Below are positions 9,268-17,284 of a stretch of 64,000 nt of DNA, piece by piece. Source of the stretch: an uncultured Planctomycetales bacterium (GTDB lineage Bacteria > Planctomycetota > Phycisphaerae > UBA1845 > JAFGLZ01); the NCBI GenBank assembly GCA_964622545.1, contig CAZUQM010000015.1, forward strand, positions 71,997-135,996, read 5' to 3'. Made by a program: the position numbers and the translations under genes. Numbering within the stretch: the first letter of the stretch is position 1; each line of letters begins with the position of its first letter. The notes under the pieces were generated by a model. The model saw nothing but the letters and a program-made list of their open reading frames with translations. It did no database searches and was not told the DNA's origin.

Positions 9268-10323
9268 CTACAGTCCCAGCGGCTCGAACACGAAATCCTC
9301 GGGCGCCAGCCCTCGCTGCGCGAAGACCGGCCCGAGGATGTAGTCGATGAACGCCGGGATGAGCCCGATCGTCTCGCCCGTCAGCTTGCGGCCCGGCAGC
9401 GGGTCGGCATCGACCTCCACATGCCCGTCATAGCAGGCGATCGAGCCGCCCTTGACCTTATCGATCCGAGTCAGGACGTCCGGCGGCACGACGGCCAGCG
9501 ATTTTGAATGCCGCTCCGGCGGGTGGTACTGACCGACCTCATTGGCCGTCGCCCCACAGATCGGCTCGACCCCCATCCACACCTCGGTGATTTGGCCCTC
9601 CAAGATCCCCTCGCCCACCTCGCCGATGTTCTCCAGGGGGGCGGCCACGTGCTTGTCCCATCGTTCGTCGAACAGCATCCACATCTGGCTCGGCGAATGG
9701 ATCTGGCTGAACTTCAAGACCGGGCCGACCTGGCCGCACCAGTTCCTCGATTCCCCCGTCGTGACCCAGCGTGAGCCAACCTCACACTCGGTATCGCCCA
9801 GGTGGAACCACTTTCGGGCCAGGAAGGTCCGCGTGTAGTTGAACGCCTGTTGCGTCATGGCCCCTTCCATGATCCGCTCAAACTCGGGGCAGCGATAGAG
9901 CGTCTCGAAGCGGGTGTACGAAAAGAGCGAGCCGTCGCGGACGCGGTGGATCTCCGGATCGAAGCTCGCGCCGTCCCAATACTCCGGCGGGTTCGGGATG
10001 CACCAGTCCTCCTGCATCGCCCACCACATCAGCGTGTGACCGTCGTAGATCTCCGAGTTGAGCCGGGCCGTGTCGTCGATGTCCTCCCAGCCTCGGCCGA
10101 GAAAGGGCGGCGTCTCGTCGTAGTCCTCGGCGTACAACTGTATCGCCTTGGCGAGCTGTCCGATCCGCGACATGCACAAGGTGGCACGCGCCTGCGACCG
10201 GGCCTTGCTCAACGACGGCAGCAGAATCGAGATCAGCAGGGCGATGATGGCCACCACCACCAGCAGCTCGATCAGTGTGAATCCGCTCGCGCGCCGTCCG
10301 ACGCGCACCTTCGTGGTAGGCAT
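9268..10323 (-). CDS. DUF1559-type protein with prepilin-type N-terminal cleavage/methylation domain (type II secretion pseudopilin-like)
   Basis: The N-terminus RRASGFTLIELLVVVAIIALLISILLPSLSKARSQAR is a class III signal with the methylation motif. LCMSRIGQLAKAIQLYAEDY and the C-terminal DGHV are typical of the planctomycetal DUF1559 family. Confidence 0.85.
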   Translation of the reverse strand: MPTTKVRVGRRASGFTLIELLVVVAIIALLISILLPSLSKARSQARATLCMSRIGQLAKAIQLYAEDYDETPPFLGRGWEDIDDTARLNSEIYDGHTLMWWAMQEDWCIPNPPEYWDGASFDPEIHRVRDGSLFSYTRFETLYRCPEFERIMEGAMTQQAFNYTRTFLARKWFHLGDTECEVGSRWVTTGESRNWCGQVGPVLKFSQIHSPSQMWMLFDERWDKHVAAPLENIGEVGEGILEGQITEVWMGVEPICGATANEVGQYHPPERHSKSLAVVPPDVLTRIDKVKGGSIACYDGHVEVDADPLPGRKLTGETIGLIPAFIDYILGPVFAQRGLAPEDFVFEPLGL

Positions 10324-10538
10324 GCTCGCTCCCCTTCGAGACTCCGTGCGGGCTCGTCCGCCTCAGCAGCAGGGCGTGCCTCGATCCCGCGGTCCGCCTG
10401 GAGTCGGGTCATTGGACTGACATCGGTTCCATCCTTGAGCAGCGGCCAGGGTGTGACGGCCGTACCCTCCAGCAAACCGGGCAGTGTAGGCCGCTAGGCG
10501 GCCGAGGGCAAGACGGCAAGGCGAGCCTCAGGCCTCGC

Positions 10539-11408
10539 TCAATCCACCTTTGCCCACAACCGCCGCCACGCCGCCATCGACCGCGCAAGGTTCTCCCGCT
10601 TGTCGCCCTTGACGGCGTAGCACTGCAAACCCACCGGACCCGCATAACCGATCGCCTTGAGACCGCTCAGCACCTTACCGACGTCGTACGAGCCGTGGTC
10701 CAGCGGCTGGATCAGCCGGTCCCAGCCGCCGGATGTGTCGGCCCCGTTGATGGTTACCTGAAACAGGCAGTCCTTGGCCAGCCTCAGCCGCTCATCGAGC
10801 GTCTCGGGCTTGTCGACCTTCAGCCAGTGGCACAGGTTGAACGTTGCGCCGACGTCCTTGCGACCGGTCTTCTGGGCGATGCGGACCGCGTCCTCGACCC
10901 GCTCCAGCCAGAACCATGTGTGCGGGTAAAGGGCGATTTTGAGCCCCGACTTCTCGCACGCCGCGGCCAGCTCGTTCACGATCTCGACCGCGCGGGCGTC
11001 CCCGGCCGGTGTCGACGGCTTGTGCTTCTTGCTGCGGATCGTCAGCCAGATCATCGTCTCGCGGCCCTTGAGCCGGCGGATCGCCTCGAGCAGCCGCGGG
11101 TCGTACTTGGGCTGGTCGCCGTCGAGCCACGCGCCCACGTACAGCGTGAACAGCTTCAGGCCGTGCTTGTCGAGCGCGGCCAGCAGGGCGGGGATGTCCT
11201 CCACGCCCGAGTGACTCGTTCCGTCATAGCCCAGCTCCTTGAGCATGCGGGCCTGGGCCTCGAACGTGGGGTGCTTGTCGTCCTTGATACCGTTGTGCAG
11301 GGCATAGAAGGGGGTGGGCGGTCGCTTGCCCTCACCTGCCTCCGCCACCGCGCACGGCCTCACCACCACCGCGACGACCAACGCTGCAACGACAAGCTGC
11401 CATGTCAT
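10539..11408 (-). CDS. Secreted sugar-phosphate isomerase/epimerase (xylose-isomerase-like TIM barrel)
   Basis: 289 aa. Sec signal MTWQLVVAALVVAVVVRPCAVAEA. The alternating beta/alpha pattern with KELGYDG, GLKLFTLY, IALYPH and FNLCHW matches AP-endonuclease-2/XylA-like TIM barrels. Confidence 0.55.
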   Translation of the reverse strand: MTWQLVVAALVVAVVVRPCAVAEAGEGKRPPTPFYALHNGIKDDKHPTFEAQARMLKELGYDGTSHSGVEDIPALLAALDKHGLKLFTLYVGAWLDGDQPKYDPRLLEAIRRLKGRETMIWLTIRSKKHKPSTPAGDARAVEIVNELAAACEKSGLKIALYPHTWFWLERVEDAVRIAQKTGRKDVGATFNLCHWLKVDKPETLDERLRLAKDCLFQVTINGADTSGGWDRLIQPLDHGSYDVGKVLSGLKAIGYAGPVGLQCYAVKGDKRENLARSMAAWRRLWAKVD

Positions 11409-11464
11409 GATGAGTTCCTTCGTTCAAGCCGTATTGCCGCCGCCGCGGCGCCCGCACCGGTCCA

Positions 11465-11509
11465 GTGTGGCACAGCCGCTGCCAGGCAGAGATTGTGTGG
11501 CACAGCCGC
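11465..11509 (+). promoter_or_regulatory. Two copies of a 15-mer (gtgtggcacagccgc) 30 nt apart; the first copy resembles a sigma54 -24/-12 element
   Basis: Identical 15-mers at 11465-11479 and 11495-11509 lie in the divergent intergenic region. The first reads TGGCAC-agccg-CTGC, which satisfies GG-N10-GC. The second lacks the -12 GC. Confidence 0.3.
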
Positions 11510-11705
11510 CCTCGGCTGCGAGCCTCGCAACAACCCCGTCGAGGGCGACCAGGCCCCATACGCCCGATCCCAGACGCCACCAGTGTCCTCGCCGATCGCA
11601 CCGGCGTCCAGCCCAGATCGCTGAGCGATTCTCCCCATAGCCAGACGCCTCGGACGACGTTATCCTTCGATCAGCACAACCACACGTGACCACAGGAGGA
11701 CAGCC

Positions 11706-13619
11706 ATGAGGGCATCGCAACGAAGGAGTCGCGCGACGAGCAACCGCGCGCGGCATCGCCACGCGACGAGCGGCCGCTGCACACTCGTCGCCTTGGCCGT
11801 GAGCTTGGGGGTCGGACTACTGCGACCGGGAGCAACCATGGGCGACGACGCAATGCAGCGCGTGGACCTGCGGGCCGTCAAGGTCGGCGGCGAGATCGGC
11901 CGGCGGATCGACGTGACCACGCACAACAACATCATGGTCCTCGACGCCGACAAGGACTTCCTCAAGCCCTTCCAGAAGCCGCAGAAGAAGGGCGGCTACG
12001 TCGGACTGGGCAAGCTCATCGACAGCCTCGTTCGGTTGGCCGCCTACTCGGGCGACGACAAGGTCATCGCCCGGAAGAAGCACGTCGTCGACACCCTCAT
12101 CGCCACCCAGAACGACGACGGCTACATCGGCATCATGGCCCCGCCCAGCCGCATGTGGCCGCTCTGGGACGTGCACGAGATGGCCTACCTCATCTACGGT
12201 CTGACGATGGACCACCGGTTCTTCAAGGAGCAGGGCTCGCTCGAGGCCGCCCGCAAGCTGGCCGACTACATCGTCAAGCGATGGCGGGCCAAACCCGACG
12301 GCGTGCCCGGCGGAGGCGAGATCACGCTCCACATGGCCATCACCGGGCTCGATACCGCGCTGCTGGCCCTGTCGGACGAGACGGGCGACGTGGCGTACCG
12401 CGACTTTCTCGTCAAGGACCGCCGCATCCACGAATGGAACTACCCGATCGTCGTCGGCCGGTGGGGCGACATCGGCGGACACGTCTACACCTACCTCTGT
12501 CGCTGCCTCTCGCAGCTCCGGCTGACGCGCCATCGTCCCGGTGACGCCAGGCTCGGCCGCGCGACCGACAAGGCCTGGGACTTCATGACCCGCCGCAACG
12601 GCCTGGTCATCACGGGTACCGCCGGTGATCACGAATGCTGGCACGATTCGCAGGCAGGCACGATGAACCTGGGCGAGACCTGCGCCACGGCCTACCTCAT
12701 CCGCTGGCTAGACGAGCGGCTGCGGATCGAGGGCGACCCGACCTACGGCGATGTCATGGAACGCGCGATCTTCAACGCGCTCTTCGCCGCCCAGTCGCCC
12801 GACGGCCGGTGGATCCGCTACTACTCGCCCTTCGAGGGCCAGCGCAAGTACTTTAAGGGCGACACTTATTGCTGCCCATGCAATTACCGCCGCATCGTGG
12901 CCGAGCTGCCGCAGATGATCGTCTACGCCTCGAAGGCCGGCCCGGTCGTGAACCTCTACACCCCGTCGACCGTCCCGCTGAGGCTCGCCGACGGCACCGA
13001 CGTCGTCGTCCGGCAAGAGACCAACTACCCCAGCTCGGGCAAGGTGACCCTCCACGTCGAACCGGCCACAAAAAAGGCGTTCACGCTGCGGTTGCGCATC
13101 CCGTCATGGTGCCTCGAGGCCAAGGTGGCGATCAACGGCAAGGCGATGAAGGGCCTGGCCAAGCCCGGCGCGCTGCATGCCATCGATCGGAGCTGGGCCA
13201 AGGGCGACAAGGTCACCCTCGACATGCCGATGCCGATCCGGCTGATCAGGGGCCGACAGGCACAGGCCGGCCGTGTCGCGATCATGCGCGGTCCGGTGGT
13301 CTATTGTTTGAGCCCCGATCAGAACGAGAAGCTCAAGCAGATGGTCCTGCGGACGATCACCATCGCCCCGGACACCGTCACCGGACCGAGCGAGGACGAC
13401 TCGGTGCGACCGGGCGGCACCGCGCTCACGGTCGAGGCCTGGCCGCCTGGCAGTTGGTATCCCATGGCCAAGCGAACGCTGAAGCTCAAGCTCACCGAGT
13501 TCCCCGATCCGGGCGGCCGGGCGACCTTCTTCCACGTGCCCAACCCCCGGGCGGAGAACTTCGTCGACGACGAGTTGATCCTACCGCCGGGCAGGTCGCA
13601 GAAGGACCTGAACCAGTAG
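11706..13619 (+). CDS. GH127-like (DUF1680) beta-L-arabinofuranosidase family glycoside hydrolase
   Basis: 637 aa. The family's Zn/catalytic cysteine pattern is present: NLGETCATAYLIRW (E-x-C) and GDTYCCPCNYRR (CC). The size and the N-terminal signal-like region fit. Confidence 0.65.
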   Translation: MRASQRRSRATSNRARHRHATSGRCTLVALAVSLGVGLLRPGATMGDDAMQRVDLRAVKVGGEIGRRIDVTTHNNIMVLDADKDFLKPFQKPQKKGGYVGLGKLIDSLVRLAAYSGDDKVIARKKHVVDTLIATQNDDGYIGIMAPPSRMWPLWDVHEMAYLIYGLTMDHRFFKEQGSLEAARKLADYIVKRWRAKPDGVPGGGEITLHMAITGLDTALLALSDETGDVAYRDFLVKDRRIHEWNYPIVVGRWGDIGGHVYTYLCRCLSQLRLTRHRPGDARLGRATDKAWDFMTRRNGLVITGTAGDHECWHDSQAGTMNLGETCATAYLIRWLDERLRIEGDPTYGDVMERAIFNALFAAQSPDGRWIRYYSPFEGQRKYFKGDTYCCPCNYRRIVAELPQMIVYASKAGPVVNLYTPSTVPLRLADGTDVVVRQETNYPSSGKVTLHVEPATKKAFTLRLRIPSWCLEAKVAINGKAMKGLAKPGALHAIDRSWAKGDKVTLDMPMPIRLIRGRQAQAGRVAIMRGPVVYCLSPDQNEKLKQMVLRTITIAPDTVTGPSEDDSVRPGGTALTVEAWPPGSWYPMAKRTLKLKLTEFPDPGGRATFFHVPNPRAENFVDDELILPPGRSQKDLNQ

Positions 13620-13627
13620 GATCGGCG

Positions 13628-13843
13628 CTATTCTTCGAGCTTGGTCGGATTGCACAGGTACTTGCCGCTCTCGGCCGAGCGCCCGCAGACGAAGCAGATC
13701 GCCTTGGCGTCGCGAGCCAACTCGATCACGCGGTCCATCTTGCGGTTCTGCACGAGAAAGCACATGTGGTTCTTGTGGTCCTCGCACTCCTTGAACAGGT
13801 AGTGCTGCGGGGGATACTTCTTCTGAGGTCGTGTTGTGGCCAT
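13628..13843 (-). CDS. Small Cys/His-rich protein (71 aa), unknown function
   Basis: MATTRPQKKYPPQHYLFKECEDHKNHMCFLVQNRKMDRVIELARDAKAICFVCGRSAESGKYLCNPTKLEE. It has five Cys and three His, arranged C-x2-H-x2-H-x-C ... C-x2-C ... C. There is a 240-nt upstream intergenic region. No convincing RBS was identified, so the gene status is tentative. Confidence 0.45.
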   Translation of the reverse strand: MATTRPQKKYPPQHYLFKECEDHKNHMCFLVQNRKMDRVIELARDAKAICFVCGRSAESGKYLCNPTKLEE

Positions 13844-14082
13844 CGGTCATCTCCCATGCATCTATGGCCTCAAATCGGTCGCCCGGAAGCTGTCGGCGTC
13901 TTGGATTTTCGGCCTGCCTTTGAGGTGCTAGGACCGGCTAACCTATTACGCCAGCCCTGTTTGGAGGCCTCATGGTTCGGCCTCGTAAGAATAGATGATC
14001 GATGTCGGGGGAATGATCCTGGTGCGATCGGAATCGTGATCGCGACATGGTCCATGCCGGAGGGCGGGGCGGTCTGGAGGCC

Positions 14083-15066
14083 TCAGGCCTCTTTCGCCAC
14101 GCGGCGCAGGAAGGCCGCGTCCTTGGCCAGGATGCCGCGACGCTGCTGCTCGGGGTACTTCCGCAGCGATTCGTCGTCGATGCATAGCGTATTGGCGTAG
14201 CCCACCTTGCGGAGTATCCGGACGACCCGCTTGTAGTCGATGTCGCCCTGGTAGACCGGGCAGCGACACTCACGATACCGCCAGCCCATCTCGCGCTGCC
14301 GCTCGCGGTCGGCCTCCGGATAGCTGATGCTCTTGCAGTGGGCGTGGTGGGTCCACGGGGCGAACTCGGTGTAGATCTCGTACAGCTTCGACAGCGGATG
14401 CCCGTACCAGTAGAAGTTGCCCATGTCCATCGTCAGGCCGAACCGCTTCGAGCCGATGCCCTTGAACACCTTCCGCAGGAAGTCGGGCCGGTTGCTGGCC
14501 ACACCGTGGTTCTCCACGGCAAAGCTCACGGGCATGGCCTTCGTGGCCTCGACGAGCCGCTTGCCCACCTGGATCGACAGGTCGGCGAACGCCTCGAGGT
14601 TTTTGATCTTGCGCGGCACCAGATCGATGCGGACCACGGGCACGCCGAGCTCGACCGCCGCCCGGGCCGCCAGGAGCGTCAGCGAGATCTCCTCCTCGGT
14701 GCGATCGTCGTAGTAGCTCAGGTGACAGAAGGCCGCGATCTGCTTGCCATGCTTGGTGGCGGCGATCGCCAGCTTGCGGACGTCGGCGGGCGTGGCGATC
14801 GAGTGCGAATCCTTCTTCGGACCGATCCGAGGCAGACCGCCTCCCGGGGCGAGTGTGACCTCGGCCGCGTCGATGTCGGTGGCGTGCATGGCCGCCCAGA
14901 TGTCGGGCTCGCCCGACTCCAGCAGCAGCGAGTCGCGGCACGAGATCGGCCACGTACCGTCGTCGAGCTTGCGTTTCGCCTTGGCGGCCAGGGCGTCGCG
15001 TTGCAGGGTGCCGGCCGTTGCCGCGGCCAGGGATACTTGAAGGAAACGGCGTCGCGTTGTCGTCAT
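14083..15066 (-). CDS. Tat-exported sugar-phosphate isomerase/epimerase (xylose-isomerase-like TIM barrel)
   Basis: Twin-arginine signal MTTTRRRFLQVSLAAATAG. TIM-barrel hallmarks include FAVENHG and LTMDMGNFYWYGHP. Confidence 0.6.
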   Translation of the reverse strand: MTTTRRRFLQVSLAAATAGTLQRDALAAKAKRKLDDGTWPISCRDSLLLESGEPDIWAAMHATDIDAAEVTLAPGGGLPRIGPKKDSHSIATPADVRKLAIAATKHGKQIAAFCHLSYYDDRTEEEISLTLLAARAAVELGVPVVRIDLVPRKIKNLEAFADLSIQVGKRLVEATKAMPVSFAVENHGVASNRPDFLRKVFKGIGSKRFGLTMDMGNFYWYGHPLSKLYEIYTEFAPWTHHAHCKSISYPEADRERQREMGWRYRECRCPVYQGDIDYKRVVRILRKVGYANTLCIDDESLRKYPEQQRRGILAKDAAFLRRVAKEA

Positions 15067-15090
15067 GGTGGGGGGCTCCTTGGAGTTCCC

Positions 15091-16218
15091 CTACATCTTA
15101 CCCCCCACACCGGCCTTGGCGTCAACAGCGGGCGTCGGGTTGTTCCCGATCACGTGCTTGATACCGAGCGCGTCGTCGATGCGACGGACCAGCGACCAAT
15201 CGTCCTTGTACGAGACGGGCACGAACTTCGTCGCACCGTCGGGAGCGAACTCGGCCTGGAGCGGCGTGTTCTCCCAATTGTACGCCAAGAGGAAGTCCTT
15301 GATCTTGCCCGCCAGCTCCGGCCTCAGGTTGTTCACGTAGCCGAGGCACGCCTTGGGGAACGGCTCGGACTCGTAGATCACCCGGATCTTGTCGAGCTTG
15401 ATGCGGCCCTTCTGGATCGCCGCGGCCAGCAGGTCGCTCGCGATGGCGGCCGCCTCGAATCGGCCCGCCACCACGCCCTCCATCGAGTTGGCATAGCTTC
15501 GCGAGCAGGTGAAGTCGTAGTCGTGCCCGGGCTTCAAGCCGAAGTCGCTCTGGAGCAGCACCAGCGGGGCCTTGTAGCCCGCGTTCGACTTGTGGTGCGT
15601 CAGGGCGATGGTGTGGTCCTTCAGGTCGGCCGGCTCGGTGATGTCGCTCGATGACGGCACGATGATCTGCATCTTGTACGAGCTACGGCCCTGATCGTCC
15701 CCCGGGCTGCATACCGGAACGAAGCCGGCGGCGTTGACGCCCACCGGGACCGCGCCCGTGTTCAACCCCGTGACGTGCAGCTGGCGGTCCTTGAGCGCCT
15801 CGAGCTGCTTCTCCGACGACGTCAGCACCAGGTACTCGGCCTTCTTGCCGACGGCCTTGCCCAAAGCCTCAACGAACGCCTGCCACCGCTTGGCCTCGGC
15901 CTCGGCTCGCGGGTGAGCGACGTAGCTGAAGCGGATAACCTCGGGATCGATCAGCTTGGCCTTGTCGGCCGGCGGATCGGCCACCAGATCCTTGTCCGCG
16001 TCGGCGAAACGCTCGTGCAGGCGGTTCTGGACCGGACTGTCCATACCCGACGCCTGATAGATCTCATCGCGAGGCGACTGCGGCAGCGTGGCCTGGTTGA
16101 TGTAGTAGGCCCCACCGGCGACCACAAGCAACACCACCACCACGGCGCCCAAGCGCGTGCCCGACGCCAGCGACGACTTTTCTCCGGTTGGCTGATGAGA
16201 TGGATTCTGATCGGACAT
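15091..16218 (-). CDS. PhnD-like phosphonate/phosphate ABC-type substrate-binding protein, membrane-anchored
   Basis: N-terminal anchor LGAVVVVLLVVAGGAYYI. The body matches the PhnD/PBP-like family: IRFSYVAHP...LVLTSSEKQLEALKDRQLHVTGLNTGA...HHKSNAGYKAPLVLL...EAAAIASD. No permease or ATPase gene is adjacent. Confidence 0.5.
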   Translation of the reverse strand: MSDQNPSHQPTGEKSSLASGTRLGAVVVVLLVVAGGAYYINQATLPQSPRDEIYQASGMDSPVQNRLHERFADADKDLVADPPADKAKLIDPEVIRFSYVAHPRAEAEAKRWQAFVEALGKAVGKKAEYLVLTSSEKQLEALKDRQLHVTGLNTGAVPVGVNAAGFVPVCSPGDDQGRSSYKMQIIVPSSSDITEPADLKDHTIALTHHKSNAGYKAPLVLLQSDFGLKPGHDYDFTCSRSYANSMEGVVAGRFEAAAIASDLLAAAIQKGRIKLDKIRVIYESEPFPKACLGYVNNLRPELAGKIKDFLLAYNWENTPLQAEFAPDGATKFVPVSYKDDWSLVRRIDDALGIKHVIGNNPTPAVDAKAGVGGKM

Positions 16219-16382
16219 ACCATGCCCCTTTCCAGTGAATATAAGTCAGAAGGATTCCGACAATCCACCGCTCCTTCCAGCGGGGCCCGTATCCTAGCCC
16301 GCCGGGCCGGTCGGCTCAAGCCAAACATCGAGGACTCGAGGATCTTCCGGCCGGACGTCGACCACGGCCGCGGAACACGATC

Positions 16383-17237
16383 TCACTTCCGGGCTACGAG
16401 AACGTAGCTGTACGCGTCCGTCCGTTCGGATGCCCCGGTCAAGGACGGATGGCAGGTCACCTCCCCGAACCCCGCCGTCGACAGCATCGCCACCCACTCC
16501 TCCTCGGTATAGGCCACCGTGCTCAGGGCGTACCGCTGGACGGCCCCGGTTGCTGCGTCGATGACGTGGAACCGTTCGGTGCAGGTCTGCGTGGCGTCGT
16601 CCCAGAAGCTTTCGCGGAGCAGCAGATGGGGCTGCTTCGAGAATAGCCCTGACGAGAAGCTGTCCCACGATCGGCCCTGCTGGCCCGATTGATGAAGGAA
16701 GTCGTGGAGCTGCGGCTCCAGCACGAGCACGCCGTCATCGGTCAACGCGGCATGAGCGCTGGCGAGGAGGCCCTCGGTCTCCGATCGCCGGAAGACGTTG
16801 ATCTGGCCGTGCACCATCATGACGAGCCCGTACCCCTCGCCGATATCGGCCGATCGGACGTCGGCCTGGCGGTAGGTGCAGGCGAGTCCACCCCGCTCGG
16901 CTTGTGCTTGGGCGTAGGCGACGGACGCGGGTGAGAAGTCGATGCCGACGCAGGTGTGGCCCAGTCGTGCGAAGCGCGCCGTGTAGAGGCCCGGCCCGCA
17001 GGCCAGGTCGAGGATCTTTGTGGGCGTGCTTTCGAGGATGGTCTCGTGGATCCAGCGGACGTGTTGGTCGATCGTCTCGGCCCGGCGGCTGGCCAGGTCA
17101 TGCTCCTGGCTCAGGTGCTCGGCCAGCATCCGCTCGCTGAAGGCCGGATCGTCCCAGGGTAGGTTCTCGCCCTCGGCCCAAGGCAGGGCGGGCACGGTGC
17201 GGTGGATGATGTCGAGCAGCGTCATCGTGTCGGTCAT
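16383..17237 (-). CDS. Class I SAM-dependent methyltransferase
   Basis: Motif I ILDLACGPGLYTARFARLGHTCVGIDFSPASV. Start taken at ATG 17237 (MTDTMTLLDI); the upstream extension to 17402 is Arg-rich junk. Confidence 0.7.
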   Translation of the reverse strand: MTDTMTLLDIIHRTVPALPWAEGENLPWDDPAFSERMLAEHLSQEHDLASRRAETIDQHVRWIHETILESTPTKILDLACGPGLYTARFARLGHTCVGIDFSPASVAYAQAQAERGGLACTYRQADVRSADIGEGYGLVMMVHGQINVFRRSETEGLLASAHAALTDDGVLVLEPQLHDFLHQSGQQGRSWDSFSSGLFSKQPHLLLRESFWDDATQTCTERFHVIDAATGAVQRYALSTVAYTEEEWVAMLSTAGFGEVTCHPSLTGASERTDAYSYVLVARK

Positions 17238-17284
17238 GGGTCGCCTTGTCAGCTCAGCGCGAAGCCGCGGCCAAGGGCGTCGCC

